A stretch of DNA of 64,000 nt, taken from contig NC_042998.1 in the NCBI RefSeq assembly GCF_006345805.1, positions 204,972,001-205,036,000 on the forward strand. Direction: 5' to 3'. Of this stretch, positions 11,828 to 24,645 are shown piece after piece. Both the position numbers and the translations under genes were made by a program. The stretch is from Octopus sinensis (Eukaryota). The notes below the pieces were generated by a model that had not been told where the DNA came from, ran no database searches, and was given only the letters and a program-made list of their open reading frames with translations. How positions within the stretch are numbered: position 1 is the first letter of the stretch; every line of letters starts with the position of its first letter.

Positions 11828-14800
11828 CAACAACAATCATAATTTAGGTAGAAGGTAACAATTTTGAGCAGGGAGTGTTAATCAATACCAATGACACTGG
11901 TCAAGTACTTGAGTCAATGGTATCAATCAGCCCCTCCCGCTAAAATTGCTGGCCTTGTGCCTAAATTAGAAATGATGATGATCATCATCATCATTATTAT
12001 TATGGTGTTCTGTGTGTAAGTTGTTAGCAGTGAAATCAAGATGAATCACAGCCTCGATACAGGGGTCAGTTTCGTTCTTCTGACTCTACAGGAACTGACC
12101 ACACAAAACTGAATAAAATAGAAAGAAAAGAGGAGACTTACCTATTATTTCCTGGTTTCTTGTGCCATTTTGGTCTCTTCTTCTGTTGGACATTTTTGAC
12201 AAAATAATTACAACATGTTTGATGAAAATGTCTTAAGAATTCAACTTATGGTTGCTGTTGTTTAGAATTTACTCTCCAGACTTTTGGCAGTTCCAATAAA
12301 CTGAAATATTTCTGCAAAGTCAATGACAAGAAATTGTCAATAAAAGACACCGGAACTGAAAAATTGTAAAAGTTCTTGTAGACACAGGAAATGGAGGTCA
12401 CGTGTATGAAACAAGTTGGTGTTTCAATCTAAAATTAGTTTACCTCTTACTAATTGCAATCTCTTTAAAAAAAAACTTAATTAACTCAAGTAGTTAGAAC
12501 AGATGCAATTATTGTTGGGAGGGGTCTCGTCAAGAACAAGTGCTTTTGACAAGATACTGAAGACTCCTGTAGTGTCTAGAGAAACAGCGATATGGCGTTT
12601 GGGGACATAGATTTGAAAGACAGACTCTAATAGAATCAAATAGATATTAATATTCTCGTTAAATGTCGCTATAAATAAACTCTATGACAATTTCTTTAAT
12701 GGCATCAGGAAGAGGAATGGTCTCTGATCCAGGTTAAACTGACAACATCATCCTTAAGTGTTTTATTAACATATATATTAACACTTTACATCAATTTTCT
12801 ATGCTGGCATGGATTAGATGAACCCTTCACAGTCTGAGTCAGTCTCTCACTGTCCTTTGAGACTGGTTTAGGGACCGTTTTTGGCAAAGTTCCTGACACC
12901 AACCTCTTTACAGGGTGGACATGGGGCTTCTTTATTATAGCAACAACACAGAAGTTGCCTTGTCTGATTGGAGAGTTCTCGTTGTGTTGTCTCCCTTTGT
13001 TTATCACCCATTTGAAAGAGGGAGGGAGAGAGGGAGAGAGAGAGATAGGGATCAAAGAGAGATTGTGATGTGGGAAGCAGAATGATGGAGTGAGAAAGAG
13101 GACAGAAGAATGGAAGAGGGAAGAAGGCAACGGACAGCTACATGTTGGTTTCAATTCCAACACCAAAGGAAATAAATTTCAATCTTGTTCCTGATTTCTT
13201 AGGGAAAGGCATGAACATCACACATTCCATGAGGCCAATGGAAGGGGTTTTAGATCTGCATGACTTGTTAACAAAAACTTTCAACCAGCTATTCAGTTAA
13301 ACTACTGTATAAAGGATTTACACTACTCATGGTACCTATTCCGAGTGAGATGAACAGAGCCATTTTTTCCTATGAATATGATTGCAGTATTGTTGAGATG
13401 GAGAACTAGTTGATTCATTGACTGACATTTTGTCTTCAGCTGTTCACTCACCATGGGGCCAAATAGTAAAAATAAATCACAGCTGGATTTGAACACATAG
13501 CAAATAGTTTCATTCCTGGGGATACGCATACAACTGAAGTTGACTCACATGTTTTTAAACTAAACAATATTTGTCCAGTGCCGGAACATCTGGCACCGTT
13601 TCAACTAGAATATCAGAAACATTGAAAGAAAAAGACAGAATACAGAGAACAAAATCTATTCTATAAGAAATAATGGTAATTTCTTTTCTCTTGAGGAATC
13701 TTGGTGATGGACATTGGAGATAAGAGACATTTATCTGTGACAGCATTGTCTTAATGTCTGCTTTTACATACTTGCAGGGATTAGATGAAAATGCATTGAG
13801 GAAGGGTCTTTCTATGGCCAGATGCCCTTCCTGATGCCAGCACCTCCTGCCCTTTCCTGGTTTCCAAGTGAGGTAATAAATCTGCCAGTCTGGATCAACA
13901 AACAATTTGGACGTGGTTATGTGGAGAAGTGGAAACAAATGACACCATGTGAATGAGCCTTTTGTTTACAAAGATCGCACAATGTGACAAGATGTCTCAA
14001 GAAGCCCAGAGACATTTTCATGGTGGACTGTAAGTAAACGATATGTGAGGAAACCATTGTTTACCAAACAAGAGAAAAAAACTCCTTCACGCAAACATAT
14101 GCAATGGCAGCTCCTTTTACAAATGCCTTTCATTATGAATGAGAACATCAGTTGGGGTCTATCTTTTGGCTCAGTACACATCCCTGCTTGAATTTGCCCA
14201 GGGTCTCCCTTGAATTTCCCATGGAGAAAATAGTTTTGGTTTACAAACATTTCAAGTGATGATCAGCCTTCAGGAATGAATTCAATTCATAAACCAAGAT
14301 CCCACTGCCTCATCAGCAATTATTCCCCCAGACTTTTATGAGCTGGTGAGGGTTTATTGAGGCAGATTTCCCATGGCTGAATGCCTTTACTGTTGCCAAC
14401 CCTTATCTTTTGCCAAACAAAGTAATATTTCTCCATGGCCAGGCATCTATTTATCGAATAATATAAATAATATAGACCCCTGAGATCTGCTGTGACTTTG
14501 AAGACCCAACAAATGAAGTGAGTTCATGGCTTGCAGGTCAGCCTGCTGTGCTTACCTTGGATCGTAGAGTGACCTGCTGTGCTTGAGGAGACCTGTTGAG
14601 TCAAGTACGTCAACACCAACATCAAAATGAAAATCAAATGTCAATTGTAGTTAAGATACCCGTGCCAGTAGCACGTAAAAAGCCCCAACCAATTGTGGCC
14701 GTTTGCCAGCCTCCTCTGGCCCCTGTACTGGTGGCACGTAAAAAGCACCCACTACACTCACGGAGTGGTTGGCGTTAGGAAGGGCATCCAGCTGTAGAAA

Positions 14801-14949
14801 CACTGCCAGATCAGACTGGAGCCTGGTGCAGCCTCCTGGCTTCCCAGACCCCGGTCAAACCGTCCAACCCGTGCTAGCATTGAAAACGGACGTTAAACGA
14901 TGATGATGATGATGATGATATCCAATGATATATATATATATATATATGT

Positions 14950-15155
14950 GTGTGACCTCGTGAGTACTGTTGGTGATTTTTTTCCCTCTGTCTTCCCTTC
15001 TCTGGATCTTTCCTTCTCCTATGTTTCCAACGAAGAGCTCCGCTCGAAACGTTAAACCCTCCTTCTTCCCTTCTTTCCTGAGCGTCCAATAATACTATAT
15101 TTGTTCCACGTCCTCGCGTTGTTGTGTTTTTTTGTGTTTTCTTGTTTGGATTAAC
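14950..15155 (+). mobile_element. Repeat 'Y' copy
   Basis: Same sequence as 4937-5140 reverse-complemented; flanked by (TA)n. Confidence 0.7.
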
Positions 15156-15163
15156 TATATATA

Positions 15164-15210
<47 letters not shown>

Positions 15211-16079
15211 ATATACATACATATATACATACATATATGTACACACCTACATATATATGTATATATGCATGCGTATATGGGTATAGCACATCAAAAAAAT
15301 GTGGACAAAATGAAAAATGAGAACATAAAAAAACAAAAACATGAAAAACGAACTTTCTTTTGGACAACAAAAGAAATAGAGAAAGGAGACAAGCAACACA
15401 AATAACAATCCCTTCATCAGTGGTCCCCTGTTTTATCTACTCTGTGTTTCGAAGGTAGGGACAAGATGTGACTTTGTTAAAACAGTCATTCCTACAAAGC
15501 AAATCAAATAAAATTTGGGATTTTTGCAGAGGGTTTAAAGTGGAAACAAAAACAGGACAGAAAGAACAAAACAGTAAAAGGGTTAAGCCATGACGAGGTG
15601 AAGTGGTGGACGCTGGGGAAAAGAGAGATGACAAGAGACAGGCAAAAGTAGGTCTTGTCTCTTGTAAAGCAAGAGGAAGAAAGGATGATAGCCGCTGGTC
15701 AAACGTAAGCAATGGGAGAGTCAAGGAGAGAGATTCATGCATGTGTGTATATATAAATGCATGTATGTATATAGATATACATACATTTATATACATACAT
15801 TTATATATATATATATATATGTCATAGCAAAATGAGGAAAAGATCCTTCAAAGGGGTGTGTTTAACATTCAGTTCTCCATTTAATCTTTACATATCATCA
15901 TCATCATCATCATCATTTAGCGTCCATTGTATGAGTTGGATGGTTTGACCAGAATTGGCAAACTGGAAGGCTGCACCAGTCTCTAGTCTTATCTGGCAGA
16001 GTTTCTACAGCTGGACCTCCTTCCTAATGCCAACCACTCCGAGAGTGTAGTGGGTGCTTTTACATGCCACCTGCATGGG

Positions 16080-16995
16080 TGCCATTTGGGAGACACCAGT
16101 GTCTGCCATGACTACAATTTCACTTTGCTTGATGGGTCTTCTTCTCAAGCACGGCATATCACCAAAGATGTCAGTCATTAGTCATTGCCCCTGTGAGGCC
16201 CAACATTTGAAGACCATGCTTCACCACCTCATCTCATGTCTTCCTGGGTCTCCCTTTTCCACTAGTAAAGATTGACACTTCTTTACACAGCTGTCCACAT
16301 CCATATGCATCACATGACCATACCAGCGCAGTTGTCTCTCTTGCACACCACATCTGATGCCTCTCATGCCCAACTTTTCTCTCAGGTCACTTACACTCTG
16401 CCATGTATGCACACTGACATTACACATCCAGTGAAGCATACTAGCTTTATTTCTTTCAAGTATGTCCTCAGCAGTCACAGCCCATGTTTCACTATGGCTG
16501 TTCACACACAGGCTTCATACAATCTACCTTTCACTCTGACAGAGAAGCCCTTTGTTACCAACTGAGGTAGGAGCTCTCTGAACTTTGCCCAGGCTAATCT
16601 TTTTCTAGCAGCTACACTCTCAGAGCATCCACCCCAACTACTGACCTGGTCACCTAGGTAACAGAAGCTATCAACTACTTCTAGTTTCTCCCCCTGGCAT
16701 GTGATGGAATCTGTTCTCTGTACATCTTCAGTGTTTATTGCCCTTGTGCACCTGCCACACACAAAAACTATCTTCCCAGTTAACTCTCCTCTGATATCAC
16801 TGCACCGCTTATACCAGGTACATAACTTACCCTGGGTGCACCTTATGGAGTTTCTACCTATGCCTTTTCTACAGATTGAGAAGGGCCATCTACCTGAAGG
16901 GATTTGTGATTTGTCTGCCTTCCTGCTTCCTAAGTCTTTGGTTTTTGCTAGATTGACTCCCCTCGATTCTAGACCTTTCTTCCACACCTGAAACT
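16080..16995 (-). mobile_element. RTE-clade LINE fragment
   Basis: FCYLGDQVS...AWAKFRELLP...VKGRLYEACV / SETWAV...LRWYGHVMHM, typical RTE post-RT region. Confidence 0.85.
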
Positions 16996-18125
16996 TCTTC
17001 CCTAGTTCAGGTAGTGATTCAGCTGTAAGAACAAGGTAATGTTGGCTTATTTAATGAAAAGGACATTAACAAATTAATTAGAATTAATTATGTGGCTAGG
17101 ATTAAAACAATATTAGTCTAAAAATGGTTTCAAAGACTCTTTAGAGCATCAGGCAAAATGTCTTTTGGTGCTTAGTTCCAGCTTTTTGCATTCTGAGTCA
17201 ACTGTCTTTCATTCTTCTGGAATCAATACAATGAAGTACCAGTCATGTACTGGGGTTGATTAAATCAACTAACCTCCTCCTTCATCCAGTATTTTTTCAA
17301 TCACGTGTAAAAGATAACTCCTGACATGTTTTGGCCACCTCAGCAAAACACAGCCACCATCCTAATTAATGAACAAATCAGTAATTAAATGCCCAAAGTT
17401 TCTTATTTGGGTCTGTCAGGCAGGGAGTGGGCAGAGTCATGTCGATGGCTTTCAGAGACACCCTGCCCCTAAAACTCGTGTAGTTAATGTTTTTCTTTAA
17501 AATACTTACATATTGGTGATTGCAGGGAGGGAGTTCTTGAGGGTCAGCCTGGGGGGGAAAAAAGGACTGTTCATAGTGTAGGATTGGTATGTGGGTAGGG
17601 GAGGGGAGATGGTATATGGTCAATGATTGGTGGAGAGACGAGTGAGTCAAGAGAGCATGAGGTGGAGGAGGAAGAGGAGGAGGAGGTGTGAAACATCTCT
17701 GAGGATCAAAGGCCATTGTAGTTGCAGTAAAATAGATGGAGAGTGGCCACAGCAGGTGCTTGGGTCATAGGCTGGGTCTTTTGTCTCTTGATGTCTGAGT
17801 ATTGTAGAAGCAACAGCACAGGCCCAGATATAGCAGCAGGTCCTTGTGGGCCACACCTAAGCATAGGTCGGCCATTTTAAGGTTATTCAAGACAGCAGAA
17901 ATAATTGTGCTCAAATGAAAAACCCATGGAAATGATCCTCCAGGAATAAAAATTCAATCAACACAAAAAGAAATCTTGAAGTCAGGAATATAGAAAAAAT
18001 ATTTTATTGGGACATCCTCAAACACCATCATCATCAGCATCATCTGCAATTGGATTTAACTTTTATAAGTGTGTGTGTGTGTGTCCATATCCATTCTTAT
18101 AAGTGTCTGCATGTGTATCTATCCA

Positions 18126-18156
<31 letters not shown>

Positions 18157-18586
18157 GCGAGACACCTCAGATTAACCATTATCCGTTCATGGAATTGTAG
18201 CCATGGTAGAGATTCAACAGCATCACCATTAAAATTAAAATTCCTCCACAAAGACCAGCTTCCACACATGTCACTTCAGGTAGGTATTGAGTACTTCAAT
18301 GTTTAAAGACATGAGATTTTATAGAACTTATCAACATTTTGAAGGAGAAATCCAGCCCAGGTTTAAACCCTATCAAAAAATACTTGTCCCATAGACAAGT
18401 TCACACAAACCCTGCTATCTGCCCCTTATTTGCATTAATAAATCCTAACCATTGTAGGTTAATTCCCTGATTATGGCTGCTCTCTAGAAGTCAATTCCAA
18501 TCATTAAACTCACAATTCCTTAATTACTATAAAATATATAAATTAGATTTGACCTGTTTCAGTTATACAAACCCATTTAATTCCAT

Positions 18587-18592
18587 TTTATT
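18587..18592 (-). terminator. Candidate polyadenylation signal of GALK1
   Basis: AATAAA on the minus strand ~115 nt after the stop codon; usage not verifiable. Confidence 0.45.
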
Positions 18593-18707
18593 TTCAGATT
18601 AACAAACCTTCAAAATGATTACAAAAAAAAAAAACATTAAAAAAAATAACAGTTTTCAAAAAAAAAAGAAAAGACAGAGTGTTTAATGTGTTTGTAGTTT
18701 AAATGTG

Positions 18708-18779
18708 TCATAGCTTCAACTGACGGGCACCCTCAGACGGGGGACATACATAAAAAGTAGGCTGACCCGGGTATTTTTT
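18708..18779 (-). CDS. GALK1: Galactokinase exon 7 (last; KKYPGQPTFYVCPPSEGARQLKL*)
   Basis: Strong acceptor TTTTTATTTTTCAG, phase 0 matching exon 6, 72 nt, ends TGA; resembles the GALK C-terminal TFY..PS.GA pattern. Too short for the ORF track. Confidence 0.93.
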   Translation of the reverse strand, partial: KKYPGQPTFYVCPPSEGARQLKL

Positions 18780-18947
18780 CTGAAAAATAAAAAGATAAAA
18801 AACATTACAAAATATTTTAAATAGGAAGAAAATTATAAAATAATGAAATTATTGTGTATAGTACTCAGGTGCACATACAACTCGTTAAAGGTGCATGTAC
18901 AGTACATCACATAGCTCACTCCCTCCATCAAATCAACATTGCTTTAA

Positions 18948-19594
18948 CCCTTTTGTTACTGTATTTCTGTTGACATGCTCTCTGTTTCTTTCAATTAATT
19001 TTAAATAATAGGCGAAGGAGTGGCTGTGTGGTAAGTAGCTTGTTTACCAACCACATGGTTCCGGGTTCAGTCCCACTGCGTGGCACCTCAAGCAAGTGTC
19101 TTCTGCTATAGCCCCGGGCCGACCAATGCCTTGTGAGTGGATTTGGTAGACGGAAACTGAAAGAAGCCTGTCGTATATATGTATGTATATATGTATGCAT
19201 GTGTGTGTTTGTGTGTCTGTGTTTGTCCCCTTAGCATTGCTTGACAACCGATGCTGGTGTGTTTACGTCCCCGTTACTTAGCAGTTCAGCAAAAAGAGAC
19301 CGATAGACTAAGTACTGGGCTTACAAAGAATAAGTCCCGGGGTCGAGTTGCTCGACTAAAGGCGGTGCTCCAGCATGGCCGCAGTCAAATGACTGAAACA
19401 AGTAAAAGAGTAAAAAGAGTAAAAGAGTAATAGAAAGAATTTACTAAAATAACTTGATTATTATTATTAAGCTAGTTTTCGGAACACAAATTGTGATTAA
19501 GGTTTGGTGGAAGATTTTAATTCAAAACTTATGAAAACAAGACATTTGTATTACAGAGCCAGAGACGGTTTCAGCTGGGTTGTTAACGAAAGGG
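18948..19594. mobile_element. piggyBac-type MITE interrupted by a SINE
   Basis: TTAA at 18944-18947 and 19595-19598; halves match 267-494; SINE inserted at 19011-19430. Confidence 0.8.
19011..19430 (+). mobile_element. Full-length tRNA-derived SINE (family 1)
   Basis: A/B boxes, CORE-like segment, (GTAAAAGA)n tail; near-identical to 33272-33679 (reverse) and 54295-54690. Confidence 0.85.
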
Positions 19595-19774
19595 TTAACA
19601 GGTGCATGGTGCACTATGCGTCAGGTGTCAAAGTGATTGTAGAGCAGCATGAAATGAAGTGTTTCCCTCAAGTACACAATGCACTACCTGGTCTAGGAAT
19701 TGAACCCACAATCTCCTGATCATGAGTGCAACACCCTAAACACTAGGCTATGCATTCTCACAAATAATAATCAT

Positions 19775-20308
19775 AAATGCCCTGACGCAGTACCAGGCAG
19801 TGGCTCTCATGGCTTCTGATCTTAACTGATTGGAATTGTCATCATGTACATTGTTTTGTCTTGGTATAAAAGATGGGCTACAGCAAATATTCTGCTCAAT
19901 ACCACAGATTTGCTTGTCAGTTGTTTGACCTTAACCAGTTGAGCATGTCCCTTAGTGGCTGACGATATGTGCATCTCTGATCACGAGCAGAAGTAGTGGG
20001 GGAGCATCATAGCCATGTCTTGAGAGGGATTCTTTGGGGTTTGGATAATTCATCCCTGGAAATATTCTTAAACATCTCTTATTCAGAGAACTTTTGAGCA
20101 TGATGGGCTACTTGACCTGAAGAAAATTGCAACTGGGCGCCACCTGCAAGGTCATGTGTTGTTTATCTGGATAAGAGATCACCATGTCACACACACGTAT
20201 GGTTGTGATGCATATACCTTATCAAAAGAGTAGCCATGATGGGTATGTTGGACTTCATATATTTGTACCCTGATGTCATTTTGATGGCATGTGTTGCTCT
20301 CTCACTCA
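19775..20308 (+). mobile_element. Non-coding ~540-bp element 'E' associated with TAA/CAA tracts
   Basis: Reverse-complement copies at 56429-56986 and 58153-58712; no ORF; ends in (CAA/TAA)n. Confidence 0.75.
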
Positions 20309-20354
20309 ACAACAACAACAGCAACAGCAGCAGCAACAACAACAACAATAACAA

Positions 20355-20557
20355 TAATACATAACAAAAACACCAGGACTAACAGGTATATATAACATAC
20401 AGAAAATAGCACTACTAGGCACTGCACACATCCTACGCAGAACACTTTCAATACAGTGAAAATAAGAGCACCACAACAAACCACAGCACATACCCAAGGC
20501 ACACAGAGCTGCACTCAGTAGTGAAGTGAAAGCATGTGATAAAAATAAAACTAATGG

Positions 20558-20575
<18 letters not shown>
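20355..20575 (+). mobile_element. R4/Dong-like extreme 3' end
   Basis: Matches 11570-11780 (ITKTPGL...LRRTLSIQ + 3' UTR). Confidence 0.8.
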
Positions 20576-20590
<15 letters not shown>

Positions 20591-20799
20591 GTTGTAGAGA
20601 GAAGAAAACTAATGGCATAGAGAGTGTAGTAAGTTTTGTAAGGGAAACCATTTCATCAACTGTCATACATTTTAATGAGGACATAACCATATATAATAGA
20701 TATGTATAAACACTGTATAAACACAGATGTATAAACACTGTCCCCTTTATATAGCAACAGTAAAGAAACAGTATACACACACACACACTGTTGTCTGCT

Positions 20800-21126
20800 T
20801 TTGAATTGCCCGTGCCACTCAAAATCATTGCTTTATCGCCATAAGCTTGCCAAAGCACGTTCAATGTCTCTGTAGCAGACTTCCCAAGTTTAACGCAAAA
20901 ACTTCATGTTGGTTCTTTGTTCCAACTTCCTGACCATGAAAGAAATCAGGCTAAAGCACACCCGTGATCACAAGAACAACACAACTTGTGAAATAAACAC
21001 AACAATGTCACTTGGCACACTGACTTATGAAGGTCACTGCTAGCTGTCACTGAGCACGCAGCCATGTGCTGCCATCTGTTGGCATGCTACGGAACTAGTC
21101 TGGGAACGTTTTGATACCACCTCGTA
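20800..21126 (-). mobile_element. mariner transposon remnant (left ITR + transposase N-terminus)
   Basis: TA-CGAGGTGGTATCAAAACGTTCCC end; EQRTNMKF/CVKLGKSATETLNVLWQAYGDKAM, the typical mariner N-terminal HTH start. Confidence 0.75.
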
Positions 21127-21771
21127 TATATATAATGACACTCTGTCAGTGAGAACAATGAGTGTTCCAGTTGATGTGAGGAACAGAGTAAGTGGTTGAG
21201 TATCCCACAGACATATGAATCCTTAATGTAGTTCTCAGGGAGATTCAGCAAGACACAGAATGGGACAAGGTTGGCCCATTGTGAATTACAGGTACAACTT
21301 ATTTTTACCAGCTGAGTGGAATGAAGCATCATCATCATCATCATCATCGTTTAACGTCCGCTTTCCCTGCTGGCATGGGTTGGACGGTTCGACCGGGGTC
21401 TGGGAAGCCAGAAGGCTGCACCAGGCTCCAGTCTGATCTGGCAATGTTTCTACAGCTGGATGCCCTTCCTAACGCCAACCACTCCGTGAGTGTAGTGGGT
21501 GCTTTTTACGTGCCACCGACACAGGGGCCAGAGGAGCTGGCATCGACCACAATCGGATGATGCTTTTTACATGTCACTGGCACGGAAGCCAGTCAAGGCA
21601 GTGCTGGCATCAGCCACGTTCGGATGGTGCTTTTTACGTGCCACCGGCACGAGGGTTACAACTACATGAAATAAAGAGTCTTGCTCAAGAACACAATGCA
21701 CCACCAGAAATCCAGCTCAGAACCTTATTTATCCTGATCCAAATAACCAAACCACTAAGCCAGGCCACCTT

Positions 21772-21812
<41 letters not shown>

Positions 21813-22072
21813 ATAGATCGTATCAGTACAATTCCCCCCCCCCAACGACAACTACCCCCTAGAACAATTACCCTCTCTTTTCAACATATCAAGAAGTTTT
21901 AAATCATCATCTGTTGTCCTCAGGGGTCATTTGTCTTTAGGGGTTTATTGTCCATGGGGTGGGGCGGGTAAATGTCGTAGACTCGAGACAGGAGCATAGA
22001 CACCCTCCTCCTCTTAACGAGGCAGAAAAGAAAAGAGAGAAAGTAATGAGCAGGGAGGAAATTGATGCTGAC

Positions 22073-22235
22073 CCTGATGTGTTGCATGACAGATGCAACT
22101 GCACTCTTGGTTACCAACGTCACTGTGCAGCCACCGAAGCCGCCACCGGTCATCCGTGAACCGTAGACACCATCCATTTGTAAGGCAGCATCAACAAGTT
22201 GGTCCAACTCAGGACAGGAAACTTCATAATCGTCT
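22073..22235 (-). CDS. GALK1: Galactokinase exon 6 ([11 protein letters not shown]...[14 protein letters not shown]...QHIR)
   Basis: CAG acceptor, GTCAGC donor, 163 nt, GHMP motif GGGFGG. Confidence 0.97.
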
Positions 22236-22344
22236 CTGGAAACGGAAGAAATAATAATAATAAAAATAAATAAATAAAAAAATAAATAAATAAAAATAAA
22301 TAAAAATAAATGAATAAAAAAAAATAAGTAAAAAAAAGGAACAA

Positions 22345-22568
22345 AGAAGAAGAAAAGGAAGAAAAAGAAGCAGGGGAAGAGGGGAAATGATGATGATGGT
22401 GATTATGATGATGATGATGATGATGAGGAGGAGGAGGAGGAGAAAAGGAAGAAGAAGAAGAAGAAGAAGAAGAAGAAGAAGAAGAAGAAGATGAAGAAGA
22501 AGGAGAAGAAGGAGGAGAAGAAGAAGAAGAAGATGAAGAAGAAGGAGAAGAAGAAGAAGAAGAAGAAG
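22345..22568. repeat. (GAA/GAG/GAT)n purine tract
   Basis: Direct read; in intron 5 just upstream of the exon 6 acceptor. Confidence 0.95.
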
Positions 22569-23429
22569 ACAGTAAATCAATTAAAACAACTTGACTTAAT
22601 GAAAATATTAAAACAGGAAATGTGAGTCATTAAATGACATAACGAACTTTTTATATTATTTTAGGGATGGAGGAGGAGGAAGAGGAGGAAGAGGAGGAAG
22701 AGGAGGAGGAGACAGAGGAGGAAGAATTACAGATTGTGTTGCTAAGTTTAGTGTTTGATCTGGGTGGGATAATAAGGGTAAAGCACTACAGCCATACTAC
22801 TGCTACCATAACAATAACATCTACTGCTGCTGCTGCTACAGGCAGCCATTATCACTTCTAATACGGCACAAGTTCTGACTTAAAACTGAAACTAAATTTA
22901 CTTTCTCCACCCCCACCCCTTCCCCCACCCCCGACACCTCCCCCATACTCTGATACAACAGCAAAACTAATTGACCTAATTAGGAAAAGGTCATTAAATG
23001 CCTAGAAACAATAATTGCTAGCATCGTAATTAGTGTTAATTAAAAGAACCTATGAGAATGAAGGTTAGTATAAGAAGGGAGACGGCGGGGGGGGGGGTTA
23101 TTTAACCCCAGGTCAACCTGCAGTGACCACATTTTTAATGGTCTTCTAGCCATGACCAAGTGTCATCTGAGGAAGGTCGCATTACTATTTCTAGCAGATG
23201 AAGCAACCACACAGAAGGTTTGTGCTTTTGTTTGTACTGGAATCCTAAAGTTTAAGAGAGAGGAAAGGGTGAGGTGAAGGGGATAAGGTGCAGCTGCATG
23301 CATACATGAGTGCACATGAGTGCACATGAGTGCACATGAGTGCATCTTTGGTTTATGCCTCATAAATTCATGTATGGATACATTATATACACTGTCTTGT
23401 ATATCCTGGTTTCGAAATGTGTGTGTGTG

Positions 23430-23860
23430 TGTGAATCAGTGTGGGAGAGGAGAGGCATTAGGCCACCACGTTGAAGGCGTCTCGAGCAATTGTATATTCG
23501 CTATGCTGCACCTATAAGACTTGGACAGTTTACAAATGTCACAGCAAAAAGCTAAACCTCTTCCCCATGAACTGCCTGAGAAAGATGATGAAAGTGATGT
23601 GGCAGGACTAAGGTCCTAGTCATAGAGATCCTCTCTGGAGCTGATCTGCCAAGCATTTACACATTGCTGAGCAGAGCACAAATCAGGTGGGCAAGCCATT
23701 TTGTCCGAATGCCTGACACAATGTGGACTGAAAAATTACTTCAAGGGCACATGCAAAGCCTCACTGAAGAGCTTTGGGATCAACCCTGACACCTAGAAAT
23801 GCAAGCACAAAACTCTCCTTCCTGGTGAAGCTGCACCAACAGGTGTCACCTCCGATGAAA
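23430..23860 (+). mobile_element. RTE/BovB-like LINE remnant
   Basis: WERRGI...TWTVYKCH...NCLRKMMKVMWQD...QIRWASHFVRMPD...KASLKSFGINPDT across frameshifts. Confidence 0.7.
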
Positions 23861-24149
23861 TGAACAGGATTTCAGGGGCACCAAAAAAACCCCAAAAAAC
23901 AAAACACAAATTATGCAAGTCCAGCAGAATTTGGACTCAGAACATGAAGACAGATGAAATGCTGCTAAGTATTTCAAATAATGGTACCATGATCATCAGC
24001 ACTGTTTCTATCTAATAATGGTAGTCAAAAGGAAAGACTTACTTGTCAGACGTAGAATCAATGTTGTTTTAGTGCCAAAACAGCCAAGTATTTCAAGCAT
24101 GAAAAATTCTAAACAATAAATGTTAACAGTTCAAGACAATGAACGCCCT

Positions 24150-24606
24150 ATGCTGAACGCTTTACTTCCCTGGGCATGGATACATTAAAACTCCAACGTC
24201 TGGCAGCTGACTTGGCAGACATCCATAAAATTATTAACCATCTTACAAACAATAACTCTGAGCACCTCTCCAAACTCCACCCGTCTAACACCCGTGGACA
24301 TATTTACAAAGTCAGAAAACAGCACAGCTCCCATGACTTCAGGAAACATTTTTTCATGCTGAGAGTTGCTGAAGCATGGAACAAACTGCTGGCATCAGAT
24401 GTTAGTTGTCAGAGCACTGCATCCTTCAAAACTTCCATGCTTCCTGAGATTCGCCAACACTACACCTGATTTTCTCCCCTCCATACACATGCAAGCATGT
24501 ATCTGACTCATACACTGTTCACTTCCCAGACATTTGTACATTACTGCATACACTTTATACGCACTTTCTGACAAGTTGTGGGGCACCTGAGCACTGTATA
24601 CAATAA

Positions 24607-24643
<37 letters not shown>

Positions 24644-24645
24644 AT
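24150..24645 (+). mobile_element. CR1-clade LINE 3' end
   Basis: Matches 30740-31215; (ATT)n tail. Other copies at 27380-27740 (+) and ~26075-26250 (-). Confidence 0.85.

Noticed and set aside
19011-19090. tRNA gene (A and B boxes present here and in other copies)
   Set aside because: No complete cloverleaf or terminator; continues into a SINE body that is repeated many times.
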